Below are positions 46,736 to 54,989 of a stretch of 64,000 nucleotides of DNA, one piece after another. How positions within the stretch are numbered: the first letter of the stretch is position 1; each line of letters opens with the position of its first letter. The DNA is from Candidatus Saccharimonadales bacterium (lineage in GTDB: Bacteria > Patescibacteriota > Saccharimonadia > Saccharimonadales > JANWIN01). A model generated the notes under the pieces. It saw only the letters and a program-made list of their open reading frames with translations, was not told the DNA's origin and did no database searches. The translations under genes were made by a program, and so were the position numbers. Location: positions 645-64,644 of the forward strand of contig JBBRLY010000012.1 of assembly GCA_038231155.1 (NCBI GenBank), read 5' to 3'.

Positions 46736-48114
46736 AGCGGTTGCTTTCTAAAATTCTAAGCTTTTTGATCGCATGGGTACTAGTGGTAACGTTCATTTTT
46801 CCACTGACTGCCAAAGCTGCTACATTTAATCCAAGCAATCTAATTGATGACAGCGTCTTTAACAATATTAGTTCGATGACTGCAGCACAAATTGACGCCT
46901 GGATGAATAATAATTTTCCCAATAGCTGTATTAGCACCAATAGTGGATTTGAAGCGCGTATACCCAGCGGTTACTCACCCTCCGGAGGCTTTACCTACGG
47001 TGGTTTTGTTTCGGCCGGACAAGTCATATATACCGCAGCTCAAGTATACGGACTGAACCCGCAAGTTCTCATAGTAACTTTGCAAAAAGAACAAAGCCTA
47101 GTTTCGGGTGCGGTCAATTTTTGCAGTACTAGTAGCGAAAACAAATATGCTGCAGCCGTCGGCTATGGTTGTCCGGATGGCGGAACTTCATATAGCTACT
47201 CTGGCATCAGCCTGTACCGGCGCAATGGCATCGAGCATACCACCGTCCCGTCAACCTGCGTAAATAGTTCTTCTAAGGCTGGCTTTTCGCAGCAAGTTAT
47301 CAGAGCTGCTTGGCTGCTTAAGTTTGGGCAACAACGCTCGCTGGGTAATACCAGCTGGGCGGTAGTGACAGGCTCTTGGAACAACTCCGATGACCCAGGA
47401 ACTTGCTACAGCGGACCAATGACCCAAGGCTATCGTAAGCGTTGTTCATCGGATTCAAGCGCTGTGTATTACGATGGTTATAAAACTATAGACGGCACCA
47501 ACATTCATATTGATACCGGTGCGACTGCCGCTCTGTATTGGTACACACCACATTTCAATGGCAATCAAAACTTCTTTGATCTATATAATGCCTGGTTTGG
47601 TACCCCTTATGGTGGCGCAATTGGTGCATTTAGTTATCGTATGTACAACCCGGGAACCCGCGATCATTATTACACGGCTCGCGAAAATGAACGGTTTTAT
47701 GCTAAACAAGGAGGCTTTTATGATGACAACCCAGCTTTCACAGTAAGTGCGACCCAACAATCGGGTATGGTGCCGATTTATAATCTATACAATGGAAGAT
47801 TAACCGATCACTGGTTAGTGCCCGATGGCAATAATCGTTATTGGGGCATTGTATACGGTGGCTACCGTGATGATGGAATTGCCTTTTATGCCTATCCAAC
47901 CGTCCCTGGTGCCAATAGTGTACCGCAAGCTTGCCCAGCAAGCTCCGCGCCAATTTACGCTATGTGGAAAGGCGCTATTGGTGATCACTTCTATACCACC
48001 AGTGGGCCTGAACGCTATTGGGTCTTTACCTACGCTGGCTATCGAGACGATGGCAGCTCCAGCTATATAGATAGTGTTGGCAATGGTGCCATTAGCTTCT
48101 GTATGCCGCAATAA
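46732..48114 (+). CDS. secreted protein; N-terminal domain of unknown (possibly cell-wall-active) function plus three ~45-aa C-terminal repeats
   Basis: 460 aa. Signal peptide ending LTAKA. Repeats DHYYTARENERFYAKQGGFYDD / DHWLVPDGNNRYWGIVYGGYRDD / DHFYTTSGPERYWVFTYAGYRDD. ATGA overlap with the upstream gene. Confidence 0.65.
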   Translation: MKRLLSKILSFLIAWVLVVTFIFPLTAKAATFNPSNLIDDSVFNNISSMTAAQIDAWMNNNFPNSCISTNSGFEARIPSGYSPSGGFTYGGFVSAGQVIYTAAQVYGLNPQVLIVTLQKEQSLVSGAVNFCSTSSENKYAAAVGYGCPDGGTSYSYSGISLYRRNGIEHTTVPSTCVNSSSKAGFSQQVIRAAWLLKFGQQRSLGNTSWAVVTGSWNNSDDPGTCYSGPMTQGYRKRCSSDSSAVYYDGYKTIDGTNIHIDTGATAALYWYTPHFNGNQNFFDLYNAWFGTPYGGAIGAFSYRMYNPGTRDHYYTARENERFYAKQGGFYDDNPAFTVSATQQSGMVPIYNLYNGRLTDHWLVPDGNNRYWGIVYGGYRDDGIAFYAYPTVPGANSVPQACPASSAPIYAMWKGAIGDHFYTTSGPERYWVFTYAGYRDDGSSSYIDSVGNGAISFCMPQ

Positions 48115-48151
48115 ATTCTTTTTTACTGGCAAGAAACTCCTTACAAACTAG

Positions 48152-48874
48152 ATGTTAGTAAAATATCTAGCGCCGTTTTATACTGAAGGAATGCCAACTG
48201 GGAAGTCCAATCCATCACCTTCAACTAAAAAGAATTCAAAAAGATCAAAGCTCATCAAGGGCGTCACCAAACTTGAATTGGGTTGTGGTAATGTTAAGCG
48301 TAAAGGTTTTTTTGGGATCGATATTTTGCCCAGTCCGGTCGTTGATTTAGTATTAGACATCGAAACACATAAACTACCTTTTGCCGATAGCTCAATCGAT
48401 CATATCTATACTAGCCATACATTTGAGCATTTAACCGAATACCGTTTTGTGCTTCAAGAAATAATGCGCGTGGCTAAACCAAATGCCCTGGTAGAAATTT
48501 GGACACCGTATGGCAAGTCTAATGACGGGATGCTGTTTGGACACTTTACCTTTTTATCAGAAACTTCTTTTAAACACATCTGTTTTGAATATGATCGTTT
48601 CTACTTAGAAGAAATAGAAGGTTATTTATTATGGGAGAAAAGTCACTACAATTTGTTCCCCGGAATCGTTGAACAGCTGAAAGCTATGAAAATACCATTA
48701 GATTTTGCGCTTGATCATTTATTTAACATTGCGCTGGAATGGGGTGTCTTTTTACGTGTTAAAAAAAGCCCGCGCTATAAAAAAGCACCTGGTCCACAGT
48801 ATCCTAAATCGGTTTTTTATTATGGCGGCCGTAAAGAAAGAATCAAAACTAATCATCCAGCCGACGTTGACTAA
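48152..48874 (+). CDS. class I SAM-dependent methyltransferase
   Basis: 240 aa. LELGCGNVKRKGFFGIDI (motif I) and SHTFEHL. The start may be the internal ATG at 48191. Confidence 0.7.
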   Translation: MLVKYLAPFYTEGMPTGKSNPSPSTKKNSKRSKLIKGVTKLELGCGNVKRKGFFGIDILPSPVVDLVLDIETHKLPFADSSIDHIYTSHTFEHLTEYRFVLQEIMRVAKPNALVEIWTPYGKSNDGMLFGHFTFLSETSFKHICFEYDRFYLEEIEGYLLWEKSHYNLFPGIVEQLKAMKIPLDFALDHLFNIALEWGVFLRVKKSPRYKKAPGPQYPKSVFYYGGRKERIKTNHPADVD

Positions 48875-50133
48875 GATCTAGAAATATAGTTCCAAATTTC
48901 TTTTGTTTGGGTGTCCCAATCAAAGTTAACGTTTTTATGTCCAGTACTAGCCAGTTTTATTCTTAGGTTTTCATCCTCAATAAGCTGTCCAATTTTTTCA
49001 GCCATAGCAGTAGGCGACGGTTCTGCCAATAAGCAGTTTTGGCCATCTTTGAATAGCCATAAATTATCTTCGTTATAGTTTGTGACGGTGGCCATGCCGC
49101 AGGCCATAAATTCAAACGGCTGATAAGACGGGTGTTTTGACAACATATAAACATATCCTATGTCGCACGTACGGTAAAGATCACCGACTTCCTTGAGCGA
49201 ACCAATTAAACCGTGATTGGTAATTAAACCCTTTAATCCATACTGCGCTTCATCCCATTGCGCACCAGCTGTAACAATTTCTATCTGCCCTTTATACTTC
49301 GCTAGCAAGTCTTTAATAATTAAAATGCCGAGCTCGAAGGCATTTCTGGGGTTATTGGGTCGAGCATAGAAAAAAATCCGCACTCGATTCTTCTTGGTAC
49401 GCTCGGAACTGTAAAAGTTATGCTTATCAACTGCCGGTATAAAACTAACCCCCTCTAATCCGTGACGCTGGTTTATAGCCCATAACAAGCCCGGAGTATT
49501 TACAATGCCGGTAAACCCAAACCTATACGTTGATTCTGCCAAAGCATACATAGATCCGGCTTCGTAAAAAAGCGGCTCATAATCTTGAATGAAATAATAC
49601 TTACGCCTCGTTTGGTTATAACGCAGTAGCAAGTAGGCCGACATCCAGATAGTGGCAAAAGCCATATCAGCTGCAGGCAAGTCGTCTATGTTTTCGGTTT
49701 GATGATCAAACACCAGTAAGTCAGCCGAGGCTAATCCCGGAAAGTGAGAGATAATTTTTTGCTTAGACTTCTTTGCATCGAGGTATTTATAGTCATACAT
49801 TACAATGGTGGTATGGACACCGTTTTTAGCAAAAGCTTCCATAAATCGAAAAATTGTATATATTCCACCAAAAGTAATGTGATCAAAATAAGGTACAAAC
49901 CACAACGCTGAAGTAATTCTGTTATCAATTTTTGAGGCCGAGACCTTGCGACTTTTGGATTTATCCTCCTCGGTTATGTGAAATAGAGGGTTCGACAAAT
50001 ATTCATAAAGTTCAGTTGGTTTGGAAGATTTTACCAGTTTTGATTTTAAAAATTTGCCGCCTTTTTTACCAAGCACTACCGGCCCTTCATACTTAAGTAT
50101 CCGCATTGCCTTATTGAATGATGAATTATTCAT
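48871..50133 (-). CDS. WsaF-like (rhamnosyltransferase-type) GT-B glycosyltransferase
   Basis: 420 aa. ALWFVPYFDHITFGGIYTIFRF resembles the WsaF N-terminal signature. Confidence 0.7.
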   Translation of the reverse strand: MNNSSFNKAMRILKYEGPVVLGKKGGKFLKSKLVKSSKPTELYEYLSNPLFHITEEDKSKSRKVSASKIDNRITSALWFVPYFDHITFGGIYTIFRFMEAFAKNGVHTTIVMYDYKYLDAKKSKQKIISHFPGLASADLLVFDHQTENIDDLPAADMAFATIWMSAYLLLRYNQTRRKYYFIQDYEPLFYEAGSMYALAESTYRFGFTGIVNTPGLLWAINQRHGLEGVSFIPAVDKHNFYSSERTKKNRVRIFFYARPNNPRNAFELGILIIKDLLAKYKGQIEIVTAGAQWDEAQYGLKGLITNHGLIGSLKEVGDLYRTCDIGYVYMLSKHPSYQPFEFMACGMATVTNYNEDNLWLFKDGQNCLLAEPSPTAMAEKIGQLIEDENLRIKLASTGHKNVNFDWDTQTKEIWNYISRS

Positions 50134-51889
50134 ATTTTTTCCTAGGTTGAGGGCTTTCGTATTGAGTATCTAAGTTCTGATTATAGAACGGATCACCTTG
50201 TTTTAGATACGGCTGGTAGTGAATAAGTGACAGCTCATAGTCTCTGGGGGGAGCTTTTTGATATGAACCAACCGATTTCGACTCATAGTGAAACAGTTTT
50301 ACATAAGGCCAGTAAACATTTCGGTAGCCTTTCTTAAACAAATCCAGGCATAAAGTAACATCGCTGCCGGCCATGACAAAATCTTCATTAAAACCTTTAA
50401 CTTCATCAAACTTTTTGGCTTCGACTACTAAACAAGCTCCCGTGACAGCTAAGTAATTACGTGGCCAATCTGAAATACCAAAGGGTGTTAGTGTCCCGGG
50501 TTTCATTTTTCGAAATACGTGTCCGGCCATGCCAGTCATTTGGATAACTACACCGGCATGTTGAATAGTTTTATCGGGGTATAGCAACATTGGGCCAACT
50601 GCACCAGTAGCCGGTTGCAAACTTACGCCAACTAACTCGTCAAGCCAATCATTGCTAATAATCTTTGTGTCATTGTTTAAAAAAATTAAGATTTTGCCAC
50701 TGGCTTGCTTTCTGCCAAAGTTGTTGACAGCAGAATAATTAAAAGGTTGGGCATTACTAACAATCTTGATATTCTCATATTTAGCTAAGCTCTTTAAATA
50801 GTCGTGCGTCTTCTTTTGAGTGCTGTTATTCGATACTAGAATAATTTCATAGTTAGCATAATTTGTTTTTTGCAAAATACTGGTGACACAGGCTTTTAGT
50901 AACTGCGGTTTATCTTTAAACGGAATAATAATTGAGGCTAGCGGTTTTCCCTTTATTAAATAATACAGTCGGTAATTAGTAGGTTGATCTTCGATTTTAA
51001 TTACTCTGGCTTGAATATGGTTGCGTCTCAAGTAATCTTTTAAAGCATCTCGGCCGGCTCTGTCTGCATAGCTCTTTTCGCCAATTGCCCGAGCCGTTGA
51101 GCCTTCGGCCATTCGCCAGTGGTACAGAACTTTTGGAATATGCACAATGGTTGGGTTGTAATCAAGTAGCCTGAGCAAAAAATCATAATCTTGAGAACCG
51201 TCGTGTTTGCGCCTAAGACCGCCAACTTTATTAACCAGATTTTTTTTGACTACCACAAAATGAGCCATGTAGTTTGTACCTAGTAGTAAGTCGGGTGACC
51301 AATCAGGTTTAAAAAATGGAATACTCCGGTACTTGCCATTTGCAGATAATTTGTCTTCATCGCTATATAAGAGATCGGCCTTGGCATTGGCTTTAAGGGT
51401 GTGGGCAACTTCATTCAGCGCCCATTGAGCTAGCGTATCATCATGATCCAAAAAACCTATGAATTCACCTTTGGTATGACGCAAAGCTTGGTTGGTGTTT
51501 TCTGATATACCTTGATTCGTCTCAAGCTTAATGTAGGTTATCCGTGTGTCCTGCTCACTCAACTTTTTTATAGTAGCTGCAAGCGCATTATCAGTTGAGC
51601 CATCGGCTAGGCACAGTTGCCAATTTTGATAGCTTTGTTTTATTACTGAATCAATTAATTCTTTTATGTATTTTTTGGGAGTGTTAAAAGTCGGTACAAT
51701 TATCGATATTTTTTTACCGTGTTTAATAATCGAGGGGTGCAAGCTTTGCTGCTCACAATTACGGATCCAGCGTCTATAAGTCAGGTCATCACCGTAAACG
51801 TAGCGAGCAAGGCGCTGTTTGACTTTACCGGCAAAAATTCTTTGTCGGCTTCCAGCCGGTAGTATCTTTCTAGCTAGTCGTCGTATCAT
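50126..51889 (-). CDS. tandem double-GT2-domain glycosyltransferase
   Basis: 587 aa. Two GT2 cores: ISIIVPTFNTP...LADGSTD...LDHDD and ASIIIPFKDKP...LVSNNST...LNNDT. Confidence 0.85.
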   Translation of the reverse strand: MIRRLARKILPAGSRQRIFAGKVKQRLARYVYGDDLTYRRWIRNCEQQSLHPSIIKHGKKISIIVPTFNTPKKYIKELIDSVIKQSYQNWQLCLADGSTDNALAATIKKLSEQDTRITYIKLETNQGISENTNQALRHTKGEFIGFLDHDDTLAQWALNEVAHTLKANAKADLLYSDEDKLSANGKYRSIPFFKPDWSPDLLLGTNYMAHFVVVKKNLVNKVGGLRRKHDGSQDYDFLLRLLDYNPTIVHIPKVLYHWRMAEGSTARAIGEKSYADRAGRDALKDYLRRNHIQARVIKIEDQPTNYRLYYLIKGKPLASIIIPFKDKPQLLKACVTSILQKTNYANYEIILVSNNSTQKKTHDYLKSLAKYENIKIVSNAQPFNYSAVNNFGRKQASGKILIFLNNDTKIISNDWLDELVGVSLQPATGAVGPMLLYPDKTIQHAGVVIQMTGMAGHVFRKMKPGTLTPFGISDWPRNYLAVTGACLVVEAKKFDEVKGFNEDFVMAGSDVTLCLDLFKKGYRNVYWPYVKLFHYESKSVGSYQKAPPRDYELSLIHYQPYLKQGDPFYNQNLDTQYESPQPRKKYE

Positions 51890-51896
51890 TAGTTAA

Positions 51897-52829
51897 CTAT
51901 TTAGATCTTTGAGTTGGTTTTATAAACGACAGAAGTCGGCTTAATCTGCGGCTTAGTATGTAGCTGCGCGAGCTCTTTATAGTTTGTAACTCATGTTGCA
52001 ATGTTTGTTTCTGAACTTCAATGTCTCGAAGATTCTGAGTTATTCCTTCATTAATATCTTTAAGTTCGTTGATTTTCTCGGAAGTTTTGGTTTGATAACC
52101 GATAATATCGCGATCACTGTAATGGCCTCCTAGTGCGGCTAGTGGTTCAACTTTTTCAACAATTTTTCGATTACTGCATAACAAGTAAAAATATAGGTAT
52201 TTCTTTGGATTAAGTGGTGCTAATTGCAGGGTTCTTATATCGATTATTTTGCCGTGCCGCAAGATGTCCTCGGATCCTACGGCTACGTATTTCCAGGTTG
52301 CTTGGAAATACGGATCAATAAATTTGAAATCTTTTTTTAGCAGCTTCATCAGCTCGTCAAATGTGAATTCATGAATATGGAAGTGATTGCCTTCGGCAAA
52401 CTCAATGTCATTCGGCGTTGAAACAATTACCAAGCCATCTGGTTTTAAGACTCGTTTAATTTCATTAATAAATTGGCTGTAATTCTTTATATGTTCAATT
52501 GTTTCGAACGTTACGACTAGTTCAATCGAATTATCTTCTAACGGAATTTTTATACCGTCTCCAACTTTGTATTCAATATTCGGGGCATCAAATTTTTGCT
52601 GGGCATATTTTATGGTGTCTTTATCGATATCCACCCCGTAAACTTTGCGCGCCGACCGTGCCAAAATTTTAGTTCCGTAACCTGACCCGCAAGCAATATC
52701 TAAAACGACTTTTTTTTTGGCTAACTTTTCGGCGGTTTCGTAACGTGTTAAATGCTCTGCATGCATAAGGCTACCCTTGTGGAATTCGGGAACCATCCGT
52801 TCACCGGTATCTTTAAGTAAATTATTCAT
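51897..52829 (-). CDS. class I SAM methyltransferase with C-terminal coiled-coil and amphipathic tail
   Basis: 310 aa. VLDIACGSGYG. C-terminal heptad-like INELKDINEGITQNLRDIEVQKQTLQHELQTIKSS, then SYILSRRLSRLLSFI. 8-nt overlap with wzt. Confidence 0.8.
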   Translation of the reverse strand: MNNLLKDTGERMVPEFHKGSLMHAEHLTRYETAEKLAKKKVVLDIACGSGYGTKILARSARKVYGVDIDKDTIKYAQQKFDAPNIEYKVGDGIKIPLEDNSIELVVTFETIEHIKNYSQFINEIKRVLKPDGLVIVSTPNDIEFAEGNHFHIHEFTFDELMKLLKKDFKFIDPYFQATWKYVAVGSEDILRHGKIIDIRTLQLAPLNPKKYLYFYLLCSNRKIVEKVEPLAALGGHYSDRDIIGYQTKTSEKINELKDINEGITQNLRDIEVQKQTLQHELQTIKSSRSYILSRRLSRLLSFIKPTQRSK

Positions 52830-54027
52830 GCTTGCCCGTCTCTATATACTCTTTAATAATTAGTGGCGGGTCTACGGCACCTGCAGTACTTCCTTCTTTC
52901 GTCACTTTAAATGTAGCAGCTTCACTTAGCCAGTCGTAATACTCTGCCGCCATTTGGTCGCAAGTTGCCACCGCAATATCGTAGTTGCCGGTCGCAAACA
53001 CGTTGGGAACTTGCCAAATAATCTCAACTTCATCGCCTTTTCTCATATCGCTTGTTTTGTAGTTCTGACGCGATGTATTGCCTTCGAGTATATTGTTGCC
53101 GGCCGGTCCGTAAATGGTAAAACCAAATACCGGTGCCAAAGTGTCGGTTTTTGCCTCAAAGCGTGTCGTAATCGTCAGTTTGTCATTGTCAAGTTTAGCC
53201 GTTGCCCGATGCGCACGTATTTTTCCAGTGCCCCAGCGTTTTGTTTCAATAGTTTCGTACTTATCATCGACTGCTTTGAGTTCTGCGATAAATAATTTTT
53301 GGTAAGCTTGAGCTATTGAATCGGCAGTCCCACTCTCAACAACTTTGCCCTTATCAATCATGATAGCTCTGTCACAATATTGTCTAATCGCATTCATATC
53401 ATGTGTCACCAAAATCACCGTTTGGCGATTCTTTTTCAGCAGCATAAAGTGATCAAAGCATTTTCTTTGGAAAGCGGCATCTCCAACCGCTAAAACTTCA
53501 TCAATTAGCAATATGTCACTTTGCGCCCGGATGGCAATCGAAAAAGCTAATCGCACCTGCATACCCGAAGAATAATTTTTAAGCTTTTGGTCCATAAATC
53601 GTTCAAGTTCTGAAAATCCTACAATACTGTTATACATCGAATTCATTTGCTTTCGATTGAAGCCAAGTAACGCTCCGTTTAAGAAAACATTTTCCCGTCC
53701 AGTAAGCTCGGGATTAAATCCCACACCAAGTTCAATAAAGGGTGTAAGTGTACCGTTTACCTGTACCAGTCCTTTAGTCGGCATATAAATACCAGCAAGT
53801 ATTTTCAATAAGGTACTCTTGCCACTGCCATTTCGTCCAACTATGCCAAAGAAATCGCCTATTTTGACTTCCAAATTTACATTGCTGAGGGCTTGTTGTT
53901 TTTCGTACGTACGACTTTTTCGCCAACCACCAATTAGTGCACTTTTAATGGAAGTTGTTTTTTCATGCGGCAATTTAAATACTTTGTTAAGGTTTTCGCC
54001 CTTTATAGCCAAATCTGAATTATCCAT
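52822..54027 (-). CDS. wzt: polysaccharide ABC exporter ATP-binding protein with C-terminal extension (Wzt/TagH type, putative glycan-binding domain)
   Basis: 401 aa. Walker A GRNGSGKST, signature YSSGMQVRL, Walker B ILLIDEVLAVGD, then ~150 aa beginning KRWGTGKIR like Wzt_C domains. Confidence 0.85.
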   Translation of the reverse strand: MDNSDLAIKGENLNKVFKLPHEKTTSIKSALIGGWRKSRTYEKQQALSNVNLEVKIGDFFGIVGRNGSGKSTLLKILAGIYMPTKGLVQVNGTLTPFIELGVGFNPELTGRENVFLNGALLGFNRKQMNSMYNSIVGFSELERFMDQKLKNYSSGMQVRLAFSIAIRAQSDILLIDEVLAVGDAAFQRKCFDHFMLLKKNRQTVILVTHDMNAIRQYCDRAIMIDKGKVVESGTADSIAQAYQKLFIAELKAVDDKYETIETKRWGTGKIRAHRATAKLDNDKLTITTRFEAKTDTLAPVFGFTIYGPAGNNILEGNTSRQNYKTSDMRKGDEVEIIWQVPNVFATGNYDIAVATCDQMAAEYYDWLSEAATFKVTKEGSTAGAVDPPLIIKEYIETGKHE

Positions 54028-54827
54028 TAAATATTCTCTGCGAAGTATTTAGATTGGCTTCGGAAGTATGTTGCACCTATAACAAAAGTAATAATTACCA
54101 AAACTGAGGGAATATAAGCGTATGGCCCACCATTGAAAATACTATGCGTCGTAACCGTATGATGTGTCACTAACTGATAGCGTGCATCTTGTATGGATTG
54201 AGCAATGGGACTGAGTAGTAGTAGTTTTTGAATATTGATATTTGGAATGCGTGACAAAGAATAGATGATTGGTGTAGCGTAAAAGCCGGCTTGAAGCAAG
54301 ACTTCCCATATATATTGAACATCACGATATTTTACAAAGGACGCCGCCAAAAACAGCGATAAACCCAAGGCAAAAATATATATTTCAAATAAAGTCAGAG
54401 GAAATAAAAGGCCAGATTTTGATAAGCTGACATGATTTATGATCATAAAAACTGCTACTACAATAAGATTCAAGCCTAGATTAATTAATGCCGCCAGGCT
54501 GGTGGATATCACAATGATCCAACGCGGTATACTGATTTTTCGAATTAAGTCTCCACGAGCAACGATTGAACCTAGACTCTGAACGGTCATTTCTACAAAA
54601 AAAGTCCATAGTACTATGCCAAGCAATAAATAAATGGCAAAGTGTGGTATCTCCGCCCCAAATTTCAAAAATTTAACAAATACAACGTATAAAATTAAAA
54701 ACAGAAATAAAGGTCTAAGCAATGACCAGGCATAGCCTAAAAAAGAATTCTGATAGCGTAATTTAAAATCAGTGCGGACTAATTCACTTAATAAGGCTCG
54801 GTTCTTTTTAGAAAATATATGCTTCAT
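54027..54827 (-). CDS. wzm: polysaccharide ABC-2 exporter permease (Wzm/TagG type)
   Basis: 266 aa, six TMs. FKLRYQNSFLGYAWSLLRPL N-terminal signature. 1-nt overlap with wzt. Confidence 0.85.
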   Translation of the reverse strand: MKHIFSKKNRALLSELVRTDFKLRYQNSFLGYAWSLLRPLFLFLILYVVFVKFLKFGAEIPHFAIYLLLGIVLWTFFVEMTVQSLGSIVARGDLIRKISIPRWIIVISTSLAALINLGLNLIVVAVFMIINHVSLSKSGLLFPLTLFEIYIFALGLSLFLAASFVKYRDVQYIWEVLLQAGFYATPIIYSLSRIPNINIQKLLLLSPIAQSIQDARYQLVTHHTVTTHSIFNGGPYAYIPSVLVIITFVIGATYFRSQSKYFAENI

Positions 54828-54989
54828 CTTAAATCTAGTTGTTTATTATAGGTTACGAGCTTCTTTTTATAAACCAAGACTTGGATATGGAATCCAGTAC
54901 TCAAACCTTCCTACGGCATGGTTTATTTATACCCTTGGTCTTACGGTAGTGAGTTATTATAAGTGGGTAAACAATCGACATGAACACTT

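Noticed and set aside
47815-48132. 105-aa (-) and 81-aa (+) ORFs overlapping the repeat region of the 460-aa secreted protein.
   Set aside because: These are alternative frames of a repeat-containing gene. The annotated frame has a signal peptide and a coherent repeat structure.
52954-53295. 113-aa plus-strand ORF inside wzt.
   Set aside because: It is antisense to the Wzt C-terminal domain.
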